This document shows positions 16,219 through 31,309 of a DNA stretch of 64,000 bases, one piece after another. The translations under genes and the position numbers were made by a program. The number at the start of each line of letters is the position of its first letter. Position 1 is the first letter of the stretch. Under the pieces are notes generated by a model, which ran no database searches, had not been told where the DNA came from, and worked only from the letters and a program-made list of their open reading frames with translations. This DNA comes from Eledone cirrhosa (Eukaryota): assembly GCA_964016885.1 (NCBI GenBank), contig OZ024742.1, positions 20,274,001-20,338,000 of the forward strand. The letters run 5' to 3'.

Positions 16219-16844
16219 TAAATATTAATATAAATATAAATTAAATATAAATAATGTTGTTGGTTATTTTAAGATTCTCTTCTTTAAAATGTTCAAATGT
16301 CAACACTTCCGGCTAGCGATCGCTTAAATAAACATTCATATATTTCCGTCACTAATTTTCTCCTAATGCAGTTTATATATAATATCGTCTTTTTTTAATG
16401 TATCATGGATTACGTTACTGATTACATAAGACAGTGTAATGCAGTCTTCGCTCAATTTCTGTGTATATTGTCAATTACGATTTTATTTGATGTATCATAT
16501 CTACATGCATATATACTTACGTATAATATCAATACACACACTACACATGCTAGCAGAAAACCTCCCTTCGCGTGGTTTTTCTGCTAGTCTTTCTAATGAC
16601 TTGAAAAGGACATAAAGTGTCGTTACTTACATATTTGGATATCAATGAGCTACACATATTTTTGTTACTTGAATATTATCTTATAAGATCAACATTGATA
16701 TTTTACCAGTGAAAGTTCAGTGCCCCCAAGGTTTTCATTGTAAAAGGAGTTAAATCAGGGACGGCTATTCCTAAGGAGGAAGGAAGGTAAGCATTGCTTA
16801 CCCTATAAAAACAACAACAACATTATTTAAAGAGTGGTTGGTGT

Positions 16845-17331
16845 AAAAGCCAAACTCGCTATCTTCAATTCGGTCATGAATCTTGGGTTATAACCGAAAG
16901 AATACGATCGCGACTACTAGCGGCAGAAATGAGGTTCCTCCGAAGGGTCTTTTGGAGTAACCTTACTCGATAAAGTGCATAGATCGGAGACCAGAGAGTC
17001 ATTCTAGGTAGAGCCACTACTTCTCGAAATTGAGAGATCACAGCTCCGATTCTATGAGCATGAGGTTAGAATCTTTTAGGTAAGAATCGCTGGATAGATT
17101 TTACGGGCAAAACCAACTGGTAGGAAACCCCCGAGTTGACCCCGAGCAAATAGCTGCATAACATCCATGAATTTGGCTGGTCCCGCTTGGAGACCTAACC
17201 AGATCAGTTGGAAACGGTTGGTTCTGACAGGACCAATAAGTTTAGGACTCTGCCACCACGACCTTCTCAGGAATAAGTGGGCGAAGAAGAAGAAGAAGAA
17301 GAAGAAGAAGAAGAAGAAGAAGAAGAAGAAG
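16845..17331 (+). mobile_element. Degenerate RTE-clade LINE 3' end with (GAA)n tail
   Basis: Translates with frameshifts to AKLAIFNSV...ITERIRSRLLAAEMRFLRR...GVTLLDKV...EPLLLEIERSQLRFY, typical of the RTE ORF2 C-terminus; ends in (GAA)n. Confidence 0.85.
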
Positions 17332-17831
17332 ATTATTTATTTAGTCATCTAACATTTTCCTGTATCAAGTTTCGTAGACTATTAGATTCCTTACCACAGT
17401 ACTTCGGAATAATATAATAACTTATTATTAACGATATGAACTTTCTCGAATTTTTCAGATTATCTTTTGAAAGAGATGGTACCACCGTATGTATCTATGG
17501 CCCCTCAAATTAGCAACATTCCATTTGCCTAGTCATTCATTTCTTTTCATGACACAACACTTTAGAATTTTGGCAAATTCAAGTGGCCATCAATTTTTAG
17601 CAGTAATGGAACATCAACATATTTAAAGACTAGTAATGGTCAGGTTTTAAACACCGGATATTCTGACAGATTTCTCCCTACTTTTAGTAAAAGCAAAGAG
17701 CCCTTAATTCCTTGAGGGGTCGTAGGAGTGGGGTTCTAACACACGGAGTGTTTTGGGGCACATTTCAAACCTGACATTACCCATTCGTTTCGAGGTCGAA
17801 ACATAGTCGATTTCTTCCTTCCATGAATATA

Positions 17832-17895
<64 letters not shown>

Positions 17896-17936
17896 ATTAA
17901 AATACTTGAGTGCGTTAGAGTTAAACACACTCGTCG

Positions 17937-17987
<51 letters not shown>

Positions 17988-18031
17988 ATGTATATATATA
18001 TATATATATACATACACACACACATATACAT

Positions 18032-18120
<89 letters not shown>

Positions 18121-18207
18121 GAAAAATTGAACAGGGACAGAACAGAGAGGCAGTACGACAAATGTTTATTAAATTCACGCTCAGGAGAGTGGGGGGGTAG
18201 GTGGGGG

Positions 18208-18240
18208 ACGACGTTTCGGGCATAAGCCCTTCTTCAGGTG
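18208..18240 (-). ncRNA. Minimal type I hammerhead motif (Penelope-type)
   Basis: Reverse complement: CAC CTGAAGA A GGGC-TTAT-GCCC GAAA CGTC GT. Stem I is weak. Confidence 0.65.
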
Positions 18241-18459
18241 AGAGTTCAAAAGGTGTGTAGGGGAGTGGTGGAGAGACATATAGCGAAAGGAAACGGTGCG
18301 AATGAAAAATTAACAAATAAAGACAAAAATATAATAAATAATAAATAAAAATAAAGCATGATCAAAATACAAGGAATGAGAAAATTTAAAAATAAAGGCA
18401 TGACACAATGATATTAAATAAATGGAAACTTATTTATAAAACTATATTTATTTTATTTA

Positions 18460-18647
18460 GGGCGGTGGATGGCAGTATCGGTGGAGGGTCGGACGCCATG
18501 CTTTCCAGCATAGTTACGTCCCTTTACGATCTGAGTTCAAATCCCGCCGAGGTTGACTTTGCCTTTCATCCTTACGGGGCCGATAAAATAAAGTACCAGT
18601 AATGCACTGGTTAATTGCTGGCCGTGTGCCTAAAGTAGAAACAATTA
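18460..18647 (+). mobile_element. tRNA-derived SINE, near full length
   Basis: Same family as 16027-16218. Confidence 0.85.
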
Positions 18648-18800
18648 TATATACTTCAAGGGTACCAAGACACATTGATACGCTTTCATCAGATAAAATA
18701 CAAAGTTTGTTTTATAAATAGAGACATACCCATGAAAATCATACCTTATCGGTTGGAAATTCAGTGGATAGTCCAACAAATTAAATACCCCTTCTACTTA
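18648..18800 (-). mobile_element. PLE tail fragment (family of 6491-6767) with a degenerate HHR
   Basis: Reverse complement AAACAAACTTTGTATTTTATCTGATGAAAGCGTA matches 6561-6595. Confidence 0.6.
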
Positions 18801-18973
18801 TATATATATGTATATATATATATATTAAAATAACAGATTAAGCACCGATTCTTTGCTTAAACTTTAATCTGTTATTTTAATAAATATTTGCTCTAGGGTT
18901 CTTATATATTTGATATATATTTATCCTTATCGAGCTCTCTTTGGATTTTAGTCTTCAAATTTATTATTATTAC

Positions 18974-19004
<31 letters not shown>

Positions 19005-19005
19005 G

Positions 19006-19072
<67 letters not shown>

Positions 19073-19075
<3 letters not shown>

Positions 19076-19197
19076 ATCCCAGTACTAGACCTGTACTTTA
19101 TCCAGCTTGAAAGAATGAAAGGCAAAGCTGACTTTGAAAGGATTCGAACCTGGAGTAGAGTGAGTGGGAATATATACCGAGGTAGTTCACCGCCTTA
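19073..19197 (-). mobile_element. Diverged SINE fragment
   Basis: GAATGAAAGGCAAAGCTGAC...GATTCGAAC matches the SINE core and B-box on the minus strand. Confidence 0.6.
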
Positions 19198-19907
19198 GTA
19201 CATTTATTACGTTACTATGATTCAATATAGAGACATGACTAAAACAGGCCTACTGTCAGTGGATAGTTTCTTTTTACTTTTCACAGAGTTGTAGCAGGCA
19301 TTAAATATACATAATATATCCACTGACCAATGTGCGTATCGATCGTTAAATATCGAGATATACCCGCCTTTGTCACGTTTACTATAGCTCTATAGTTTGA
19401 CCTTTCTCTGTCATCGGTCTTCTCAACAAAATCCATTAAGTTGGCTATGACTCATCCGATCGAACTTGATCCTTTGTTTCTGTAGCTTACTGAGGATATC
19501 ATTAGTCATTGCTAGGTTAACAACTATTTCAATCCTGCTATTATTGATTGGTCACCATTCACGTCTATTCACATCTCTCACTCGCAGTATCTTCTGTGTA
19601 TTCTAGCATTAAACAAAGAAAAACAAAATACGCTTTGCTTATTCTGTTTTATTTTCTGCCCATCACGACATTGAACTTACTCGATTACTATTATGAAATT
19701 ATGAAATACCGAAGTGGGAATTAACAAACCTTAATTAACAAACATTAATTAACTGTCATAAGCTGACATAGATACCAAGTCTTCGGTAATTCGACAACGC
19801 TTATTATAGAAATGTGCTGAACTTTTTGTTTCACAGATGCCATTTTTTTACTGAAAATTACAACTACTGTAAGAAAACATGTAAAGCAGGCTAAGAAAAA
19901 ACTTTAA

Positions 19908-20127
19908 CCCTTTAGCATTTAAACCGGCCATATCCGGCCAGAATTCTCTCACCTATTTCTGTTCAAACCAACTACAACTGGCCACTTATACTGATGTTAA
20001 GGTATTGTTCTCAAAATAAATAACATCAAAATCTCATAGATTCAATATTATGTGAGATATTATGTAAGATAAAGCCTTTACCACAAAAATACAGTAGCAT
20101 ATATAGAGTAATGTAAATGCTAAAGGG
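19908..20127. mobile_element. piggyBac-type MITE
   Basis: TTAA|CCCTTTAGCATTTA ... TAAATGCTAAAGGG|TTAA: 14-bp TIRs with CCC/GGG ends and TTAA target duplication. Confidence 0.88.
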
Positions 20128-20237
20128 TTAAACATGAAATTTATAAATTAAAACAATGAAAATTTAAAATCTGAAATAGTATCCGAGAAATGGTATTTAT
20201 TATCAGGGAAAGACTTCATGCTCACCATGTAATATAT

Positions 20238-20391
20238 TGGCCGCCAATTGGCAGAGTCGCCAGAACGTCGGATAGAATGCATTGCAGTATTCGTTTCAGC
20301 TATCTGCTCTCTGAGTTCGAATCTCGTCAAGGTCAACTTTACATTTCATCCAATCCGGATTGATAAATAAGTACCAGTCATGTACTGGGGC
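20238..20391 (+). mobile_element. Diverged tRNA-derived SINE
   Basis: TGGCAGAGTCG...GAGTTCGAATC...CAACTTTACATTTCATCC...GATAAATAAGTACCAG. Confidence 0.7.
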
Positions 20392-20915
20392 CAATTCTTC
20401 TTCAGTGTTTCTTTCTCACATCAGTTCTCTCACACTATATCTCTAGAAGAACCCCAGAGACAAACCCTTCGTATTGTACCAGAGAGCTTGAGAAGCTTTT
20501 AAACGCGAATCTTTGTTCACGCAGTATCAGGAGCACGAAGATCAAATATATAGGATTTCTAGATCTTCATATTATCCTCATCAGAATGTCTCTGAAGATC
20601 GAGGAATTATATTAATATAAAGTCTTACGAAAATATGAAGAAAAATATCATTCTGAAAAACTAAAAAAACAAAACAAATACAATTAAGTATTCAATACAA
20701 GTCTAAAAGAAAAGCTACTTTCTAGAAGTGTTAATGGGTCTAGCACACACACACACGAGCACGCGCACGCACACATGTATATATATATATAAATAACTCT
20801 TACATCAGGTTTTTTTTTATTATATTCTTTTAGACAAGTATAGTACCGGAAGTAATTCAGTATTCCAGATGTTTACAGAAACCAATGCCAAAACGAATAT
20901 GGCCGACAGACAACG

Positions 20916-20973
<58 letters not shown>

Positions 20974-20974
20974 T

Positions 20975-21009
<35 letters not shown>

Positions 21010-21010
<1 letters not shown>

Positions 21011-21089
21011 ACGAAGGAAATGTGGTAAGGAACCAGGTGGACCATAACGCACCAAAGTACTCAATACTTAGGGCAGTAGAGTGGGTAAT
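21010..21089 (-). mobile_element. 3' tail only of the 60491-60686 family
   Basis: AACGAAGGAAATGTGGTAAGGAACCAGGTGGACCATAACGCACCAAAGTACTCAATAC between (TA)n tracts. Confidence 0.8.
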
Positions 21090-21316
21090 ATATATATATT
21101 GTATAAACAAAGTTTCATACACTTAACATATATGTGCTACCATTGGTTTCAATGTCCAGTTATGGCCACTACTGCATATTAGAGGTGATTTTAAACTGAC
21201 CCTTCATTCAGGCACGTGGACAAAGATATTTGTGGGTAGAAATCCGTAGATGAAAGATCAAGGTAAACAGTGCTAAAGAGAGCTTATTTAGTATAATTAA
21301 AGTTTCATACACTGAA

Positions 21317-21406
<90 letters not shown>

Positions 21407-21614
21407 GTTATTATCATTATTTTCACTATATGCAACTTAACAATATTCTGCATATCCTCAATTGACAATGCATTTAATGCTGAAACAATGCATTTAATGC
21501 TGAAACTCAATTGACAATGCATTTAATGCTGATATTGTAAATAAATTAATGTTTTGACATTTCACTAAAAATATTCTTCAACATTTTCTACTGCAAAAAT
21601 CTTTTTCCTTTTTA

Positions 21615-21684
<70 letters not shown>

Positions 21685-21877
21685 TATATACGTGTGTGTA
21701 TGTGAGTACATGAGTTCTAAAGAACTTATAATCTTTATGCTGTGTTAATTAACATTTCTGATACGGAATTCATTAATTCTAAAATTCAAGAAAAATCTGC
21801 TGAACACACGCGTTAAACCTATTACTGAGGCTCTTGGGCTGTTTTCTTTTCATTAAGTTATTAAAACTACTCCCTAA

Positions 21878-22579
21878 CCCTTTTCATTCCATAACGCCCG
21901 AAATCGCCCTAGATTTCTTAATCATCAGAAAGTTATATTATTAAATCTCCCGCCAATCTTGATTGCTTTCAAAATGAGTTGAAAATCATTTGCAATGGTT
22001 TTTATTAGAATACGGTAACGAAATTAGAAATCTGGTCACGGAAGGGTTAAAATATTATTTAACACTTCAATATTATTTATATGGGGTATTTATATTTATC
22101 TAAAAGCCTTCCATCATAATTATATTTTGTAATATTTGGTAAATTATATTCTAAACGAGAGCTTAATGAGCTTTTAAGGAACAACGAAGTCTAGATGTTT
22201 TTATCTCGATTTGTTTATGTTTAGTGAAGGCGGGTGGCTGAATGGTTAGAGAATTGGGTTCACAATCTTAAGGTTGTAAGTTCGATTCCTGGACCGGGCG
22301 ATGCGTTATGTCATTGAGCAAGACACTTTATTTCACGTTGCTCCTTCTACCCGGAGTTGCGACCGATAGATAGTACTAGCAACTGGAAAGACCGACGGAA
22401 ACATCGTTTCCTCGGTCCGATTTAACGAAAGTCGATCAATCCTTTTTTCTTTATGCTTATTATTTGTACAAAATAAACATATAAAGTTATTCTCTTATTT
22501 CCCTAAATTCTTGATTATTTTCGAAAGGATTTGAAAATCCTAAGCAATGGGTTTCATTAGAAATATGGCGATAAAAGGG
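21878..22579. mobile_element. Probable old piggyBac-type MITE with a nested SINE
   Basis: Imperfect TIRs TAACCCTTTTCATTCCATA ... TATGGCGATAAAAGGGTTAA. Confidence 0.45.
22228..22345 (+). mobile_element. tRNA-derived SINE 5' part (second family)
   Basis: GTGGCTGAATGGTTAGAG (A box), AGTTCGATTCC (B box), then TTGAGCAAGACACTTTATTTCACGTTGCTC. Confidence 0.75.
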
Positions 22580-22700
22580 TTAAATTTAAATACTTTTCCT
22601 GACTATTCTTCCTTTATAGGACTATAGTGACCTACAATACAATCTTTTCTACTGTATCACCAACAAATGATATAATATTGTATTATAGTACTGTCAAAAA

Positions 22701-22860
22701 GGGGCGGTGGGTAGTCCGTAATCAGTAGAGCGTTGGACACCATGCTTTTCAGCATATAGTTACGTCCCTTTACGCTCAAATGTGTTCAAATCTGGCTGAG
22801 GTTAGGTTTACCTTTTATTTTTAAGAGGTCGATAAAATAAAGTACCAGTAACGCACTGGT
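22701..22860 (+). mobile_element. tRNA-derived SINE running directly into the 40-bp satellite
   Basis: GGGGCGGTGG...GTTCAAATC...GTCGATAAAATAAAGTACCAGTAACGCACTGG. Confidence 0.8.
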
Positions 22861-25800
22861 GGTTGTACAGTAGGGTGTAGTGTGGTATAGGCGGCCCATG
22901 GTAATACAGTGGCCGGAGGTAGTATAGTGTAGTATAGTGGGGTGTGGTGTGGTATACACGGCCCGTGGAAATACAGTGGGGTGCAGTGGCCTGAGGTAGT
23001 ACAGTGTAGTACAGTGTAGTGTGGTGTACAGTGGGGTGCAGTGTATAATACAGTGGGGTGTACAGTGGCCTGAGGTAGTATAATGTGGTACAGTGTTGTA
23101 TACAGTGGCTTGTGGTAGTACAGTAGAGTACAGTGTGGTGTGGTATACAGTGGCCTGAGGTAGTATAGTGTAGTACAGTGTGGTGTGGTATACAGGGCCC
23201 TGCTCTAGTACAGAAGAGTACAGTGTGGTATACAATGCCCTGCTCTAGTACAGTGGAGTACAATATGGTATACTATGCCCTGCTCTAGTACTGTGGAGTA
23301 CAGATTGGTATAGAGTGCCCTGCTCTAGTACAGTAGAGTACAGTGTGGTATACAGGGCCCTGCTCTAGTACAGTGGAGTACAGTGTGGTATACAATGCCC
23401 TGCTCTAGTACAGTGGAGTACAATATGGTATACTATGCCCTGCTCTAGTACTGTGGAGTACAGATTGGTATAGAGTGCCCTGCTCTAGTACAGTAGAGTA
23501 CAGTGTGGTATACAGGGCCCTGCTCTAGTACAGTGGAGTACAGTGTGGTATACAATGCCCTGCTCTAGTACAGTGGAGTACAATATGGTATACTATGCCT
23601 TGCTCTAGTACTGTGGAGTACAGTGTGGTATACAGTGCCCTGTTCTAGTACAGTAGAGTACAGTGTGGTATACTATGCCCTGCTCTAGTACAGTAGAGTA
23701 CAGTGTGGTATACAGGGCCCTGCTCTAGTACAGTAGAGTACAGTGTGGTATACAGGGCCTGCTCTAGTACAGTAGAGTACAGTGTGGTATACTATGCCCT
23801 GCTCTAGTACAGTAGAGTACAGTGTGGTATACAGGGCCGTTCTCTAGTACAGTGGAGTACAGTGTGGTATACAGGGCCTGCTCTAGTACAGTGAAGTACA
23901 ATATGGTATACAGGGTCATTATATAGTACAATAGAGTACAGTGTGGTATACAGGGATGTGATCTAGTACAGTGAAGTACAGTGTGGTATACAGTGGCCTG
24001 CTCTAGTACAGTACAGTACAGTGTGGTATACTATGCCCTGCTCTAGTGCAGTGGAGTACAATATGGTATACAGGGCCCTGCTCTAGTACAGTAGAGTACA
24101 GTATGGTATACAGGGCCCTGCTCTAGTACAGAAGAGTACAGTGTGGTATACTATGCCCTGCTCTAGAACAGTGGAGTACAGTATGGTATACAGTGCTCTG
24201 CTCTAGTACAGTAGAGTACAGTATGGTATACAGTGCTCTGCTCTAGTACAGTAGAGTACAGTGTGGTACACAGGGCCCTGCTCTAGTACAGTAGAGTACA
24301 GTGTGGTATACAGTGCTCTGCTCTAGTACAGTAGAGTACAGTGTGGTACACAGTGCTCTGCTCTAGTACAGTAGAGTACAGTGTGGTATACAGTGCTCTG
24401 CTCTAGTACAGTAGAGTACAGTGTGGTACACAGGGCCCTGCTCTAGTACAGTGGAGTACGATATGGTATACAGGGCCCTGCTCTAGTACAGTAGAGTACA
24501 GTGTGGTATACAGGGCCCTGCTCTAGTACAGTAGAGTACAGTGTGGTATACAGGGCCCTGCTCTAGTACAGTAGAGTACAGTGTGGTATACAGGGCCCTG
24601 CTCTAGTACAGTAGAGTACAGTGTGGTATACAGGGCCCTGCTCTAGTACAGTAGAGTACAGTGTGGTACACAGGGCCCTGCTCTAGTACAGTAGAGTACA
24701 GTGTGGTATATTATACCCTGCTCTAGTACAGTGGAGTACAGTATGGTATACAGGGCCCTGCTCTAGTACAGTAGAGTACAGTGTGGTACACAGGGCCCTG
24801 CTCTAGAACAGTGGAGTACAGTGTGATATACAGGGCCCTGCTCTGGTACAGTAGAGTACAGTGTGGTATACAGGGCCCTGCTCTGGTACAGTGGAGTACA
24901 GTGTGGTATACAGGGCCCTGCTCTAGTACAGTAGAGTACAGTGTGGTATACAGTGCTCTGCTCTAGTACAGTAGAGTACAGTGTGGTATACAGGGCCCTG
25001 CTCTACTACAGTAGAGTACAGTGTGGAATACAGTGCTCTGCTCTAGTACAGTAGAGTACAGTGTGGTATACAGGGCCCTGCTCTAGTACAGTAGAGTACA
25101 GTGTGGTATACAGGGCCCTGCTCTAGTACAGTGTGGTATACAGGGCCCTGCTCTAGTACAGTAGAGTACAGTGTGGTATACAGGGCCCTGCTCTAGTACA
25201 GTAGAGTACAGTGTGGTATACAGTGCCCTGCTCTAGTACAGTAGAGTACAGTGTGGTATACAGGACCCTGCTCTAGTACAGTGGAGTACAGTGTGGTATA
25301 CAGTGCCCTGCTCTAGTACAGTAGAGTACAGTGTGGTATATTATACCCTGCTCTAGTACAGTGGAGTACAGTGTGGTATACAGGGCCCTGCTCTAGTACA
25401 GTAGGGTACAGTGTGGAATACAGGGTCCTGCTCTAGTACAGTGGAGTACGATATGGTATACAGGGCCCTGCTCTAGTACAGTAGAGTACAGTATGGTATA
25501 CAGTGCTCTGCTCTAGTACAGTAGAGTACAGTGTGGTATATTATACCCTGCTCTAGTGCAGTGGAGTACGATATGGTATACAGGGCCCTGCTCTAGTACA
25601 GTAGAGTACAGTATGGTATACAGTGCTCTGCTCTAGTACAGTAGAGTACAGTGTGGTATACAGGGCCCTGCTCTAGTACAGTAGAGTACAGTGTGGAATA
25701 CAGGGTCCAGCTCTAGTACAGTAGAGTACAGTGTGGTATACAGAGCCCTGCTCTAGTACAGTAGGGTACAGTGTGGTATACAGTGCTCTGCTCTAGTACA

Positions 25801-26412
25801 GTAGAGTACAGTGTGGTATACAGTGCTCTGCTCTAGTACAGTAGAGTACAGTGTGGTATACAGGGCCCTGCTCTAGTACAGTAGGGTACAGTGTGGTATA
25901 CAGTGCTCTGCTCTAGTACAGTAGAGTACAGTGTGGTATACAGGGCCCTGCTCTAGTACAGTGGAGTACAGTGTGGTATATTATACCCTGCTCTAGTACA
26001 GTAGAGTACAGTGTGGTATACAGTGCTCTGCTCTAGTACAGTAGAGTACAGTGTGGTATACAGTGCTCTGCTCTAGTAGAGTAGAGTACAGTGTGGTATA
26101 CAGGGCCCTGCTCTAGTACAGTAGAGTACAGTGTGGTATACAGTGCTCTGCTCTAGTACAGTAGTGTACAGTGTGGTACACAGGGCCCTGCTCTAGTACA
26201 GTAGAGTACAGTGTGGTATACAGTGCTCTGCTCTAGTACAGTAGAGTACAGTGTGGTACACAGGGCCTGCTCTAGTACAGTGGAGTACGATATGGTATAC
26301 AGGGCCCTGCTCTAGTACAGTAGGGTACAGTATGGTATACAGTGCTCTGCTCTAGTACAGTAGAGTACAATGTGGTATACAGTGCCCTTCTCTAGTACAG
26401 TAGAGTACAATA
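22861..26412. repeat. 40-bp minisatellite (CTCTAGTACAGTAGAGTACAGTGTGGTATACAGGGCCCTG), about 80 copies, degenerate at its 5' edge
   Basis: Period read directly. Confidence 0.97.
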
Positions 26413-26711
26413 TGCTGCACTAAAGTACAGACAGGTGGAATCTGATCAAATAGAAATATTTTGTAACAAGATTCAATTGTTTTTCTTAAACTTCATATCC
26501 ATTATATTCTGCCTGATCACTTTCTCCTGTCACTTTCCCCCTCTCCATATCTCTCTCCCTCTCTATATCTCTCCCCACTCTCTTCTCTCCCTCTCTCTGT
26601 CTCTCCTCCTCTCTATATCTCTACCCACTGTCTGTCTCTCTTTCTATCTCTGTCCCTGTTCCTCTTTATATCTCTCTCACTCGCTGTCTCTCTTTCTATA
26701 ATTCTCCTCAT

Positions 26712-26794
<83 letters not shown>

Positions 26795-27308
26795 CACTCA
26801 TTGTCCTTCTCTATTTCTCTCCCACTCTCTCTCTCCCTGTCCCTACCCCACTCTCTCTCCCCCTAGCCCTACCCCTCTATCTCTCTCCCCCTGTCCCTAC
26901 CCCTCTCCTTCTACCCCTGTCCCCACCTCCTCTCTCCCCCTATCCCTCCTCTATCTCCCTCCCCCTGTCCCTAACCCTCTCTCTCCCCCTGCCCCATTCT
27001 CCTCCCTGTCCACCCTCACTCTCCCCACCCCCACTCCTCCTGTGTGTGTTCCAGTAGGATTAAAGTAGGAGGGAAGGGGGTGGAGAAAAGGGATCAGGGT
27101 GGAGAAGGGAATATCAAATACTGTTCGATAAAAACATAATGTGACTGGTTATGATTCACCCTGCTAACACACACACACACACATACATACACATACATAT
27201 ACATATATATACATATATATATACATGTATATTTATATATATACATATATATATACATATATATATACATGTATATATATATATATACATATATATATAC
27301 ATGTATAT

Positions 27309-27365
<57 letters not shown>

Positions 27366-27378
27366 TATGTATATATAT

Positions 27379-27458
<80 letters not shown>

Positions 27459-27617
27459 ATATGTATATATATATACATATATATGTATATATATATACAT
27501 ATATATATATATGTATATATATACATATATATATATGTATATATATAAACATATATTATATATATATATATACATATATATATATACATATATATATATA
27601 TATGTATATATATATAC

Positions 27618-27760
<143 letters not shown>

Positions 27761-27795
27761 TATGTATATACATATATATATATATATATATACAC

Positions 27796-27829
<34 letters not shown>

Positions 27830-27902
27830 GTATATATATACATATATATATACATATATATACATGTGTATATATATATATATAATATATATATATAATA
27901 TG

Positions 27903-27977
<75 letters not shown>

Positions 27978-28083
27978 ATATATATAATATATGTATATAT
28001 ATATATACATATATATATATATGTATATATGTATATATATATATACATATTCACATATTCACCCTGCTAACACACACGCACAC

Positions 28084-28174
<91 letters not shown>

Positions 28175-28188
28175 GTATATATATATAC

Positions 28189-28222
<34 letters not shown>

Positions 28223-28306
28223 GTATATATATACATATATATATATATACATATACATATACATATACATATACTTCTCTCTCTCTCTATATATATATAC
28301 ATGTAT

Positions 28307-28395
<89 letters not shown>

Positions 28396-28459
28396 GTGTG
28401 CGTGTGTGTTAGCAGGGTGAATATGTGAATATGTATATATATATATATACGTATATATG

Positions 28460-28551
<92 letters not shown>

Positions 28552-28589
28552 TATAAATATATATGTATATATATACATATATATATATG

Positions 28590-28620
<31 letters not shown>

Positions 28621-28734
28621 GTATATATATATACATATATATATATGTACATATATATATATATACACACACATATATATATATTTGTACATATATATAT
28701 ATATATGCATATATATATATATATACACACACAT

Positions 28735-28818
<84 letters not shown>

Positions 28819-28899
28819 GTATATATATATATATAAACGGAAAAAATGAAACGAAATTTCATTTCTCATTCTTAGTATGCACGTATACATACTTATATA

Positions 28900-28988
<89 letters not shown>

Positions 28989-29257
28989 TTATATACATAT
29001 TATATTATATTATAATTTATATTATAATGAATAGCAGTAGAGAGAACAACAACAACGACAACAACGACAACGGTAACAACCGCAACAACAACAACTACAA
29101 CAACATCACCAACAACAATAACAATCACAACAACAACATCACCAATAACAACAACAATCACAACAACAACAACAACAACAATATCAAAATAACAATATCA
29201 GTAACAACAACAATAGAAATATTGTTGTACCACATAGTTTCCGTAATTCTTCAAATC

Positions 29258-29457
29258 NNNNNNNNNNNNNNNNNNNNNNNNNNNNNNNNNNNNNNNNNNN
29301 NNNNNNNNNNNNNNNNNNNNNNNNNNNNNNNNNNNNNNNNNNNNNNNNNNNNNNNNNNNNNNNNNNNNNNNNNNNNNNNNNNNNNNNNNNNNNNNNNNNN
29401 NNNNNNNNNNNNNNNNNNNNNNNNNNNNNNNNNNNNNNNNNNNNNNNNNNNNNNNNN
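29258..29457. other. Assembly gap (200 N)
   Basis: Run of N. Confidence 1.
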
Positions 29458-29861
29458 CACTAGAAAACAAATGCCTCACAAACGACATCGTATACAAATG
29501 CGATGTCATCTCGGGCACCGAGGATTGCAAAAAATCTTACATCGGCATGACCTCCAACACCTTTAAGACCGCTGGTATGCCCATACCCACTCCTTCAGAA
29601 GACCGGATAAATCAAACCAAACAACACTCGCCTCTACGTTTGGGAGCCTCAAAAGGAACTCCACCCCCTTCACGCTTAATTGGAAAATACTCCAGAAAGC
29701 GCGCTCTTACGACGGAGGACACAAGGGCTGCGACCTTTGTATTTCAGAGAGCTACGAAATTTTATTCGCCAAGGGCCCCGCTACTGAACAAACTCTCTGA
29801 ACACTGCCCGAACTGCATGCACAAGAACTTTGCAACATTCAAACACTTTAAGCAGTGTTAA
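29458..29861 (+). pseudogene. Frameshifted GIY-YIG endonuclease C-terminus of a Naiad-type Penelope-like element
   Basis: LENKCLTNDIVYKCDVISGTEDCKKSYIGMTSNTFKT / RWYAHTHSF ... GCDLCISE ... LNKLSEHCPNCMH parallels the C-terminus of ORF 49201-51018. Confidence 0.85.
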
Positions 29862-30093
29862 AGCCGATGGCTAAAAACGACCTCCCCCTATTGGCCCTAT
29901 ACCTCCTCCCCACCCTACCCCCACCCCTCTCAACCTGAAATCGGCACTATGGTCATGTGAGTACCTCTTTTGTATCTACTTTTTCTGCCTGTAGAGGTGT
30001 CTTTATGTGCCTGTGTATATGCGTATATTTATTGAGTACCTATTTACTTGTATGTGTATATATTTGTTTGTATATGTGTATATGTGTATGTGT

Positions 30094-30124
<31 letters not shown>

Positions 30125-30181
30125 GTGCATGTGTATGTATATATGTATGTATATATATATATACATATATATGTATATATA

Positions 30182-30232
<51 letters not shown>

Positions 30233-30388
30233 GTGTATATATATATGTGTGTATATATATATGTTTGTGTGATACGTGTTTTATGTGTGTATATTTATGT
30301 AGGTATATGTTTGTATGTGTTGTGTATATGTATGTATGTATGTATGTATGTGTGTGTGTGTATATATATGTATGTATATGTGTGTGTA

Positions 30389-30435
<47 letters not shown>

Positions 30436-30806
30436 ATGTATGTGTATGTGTGTGTATGTATATATGTATGTATATGTGTATGTATATGTATGTTTGTATA
30501 TATGTGTGTGTATATATTTATGTATATATATATGTATATATGTATATATATATGTATGTATATATATATATATATATACGTGTGCGTGTGCGTATGTGTG
30601 TATATGTGTGCGTGTGTGTATATATAAATATATGTGTATATATGTGTATATGTATGTGTTTGTGTGTATGTATATGTATATATGTGTGTATATATATATG
30701 TATATATATGTATATATATATATGTGTATATATATATGTGTGTATGTGTATGTGTATGTGTGTATGTATTTGTATGTGTATATATACATACATATATATA
30801 TATATG

Positions 30807-30842
<36 letters not shown>

Positions 30843-30951
30843 CATGAGAGAGAGAATGTGTGTGTGTGTATATATTTTGTGTGTGGGGGTGTGTATGTGT
30901 GTATGCGCGCGTGTGTGTGTATATATATATATATATATGTGTGTATGTATG

Positions 30952-31008
<57 letters not shown>

Positions 31009-31027
31009 GTGTGTGTGTGTGGTATGC

Positions 31028-31079
<52 letters not shown>

Positions 31080-31260
31080 ATGTATATATGTGTGTGTATA
31101 TGTGCGTTATATCTCTGTATATATATGTGTATATTTATGTATAGGTCTGTGTATGCATGTGTATGTATGGATATATATATATATATATATATATATTTAT
31201 GTGTATATATGTATGTATATATGTATATATATGTAATATATATATATATATATATGCATG

Positions 31261-31309
<49 letters not shown>

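Noticed and set aside
20500-20640. Back-to-back HHR-like motifs (also 5770, 7620, 17770)
   Set aside because: Core or stems are too degenerate to call (e.g. GATA for GAAA).
22228-22300. Possible tRNA gene
   Set aside because: A and B boxes are present, but there is no clean cloverleaf and it continues into SINE body sequence.
22861-26412. CRISPR-like appearance of regular repeats (also 1-5750)
   Set aside because: Head-to-tail units without unique spacers, no cas genes, eukaryotic context.
28877-29566. ORF linking an Asn-rich tract to the GIY-YIG fragment
   Set aside because: It spans a 200-N gap, so adjacency is unproven; the AAC tract is probably a microsatellite.
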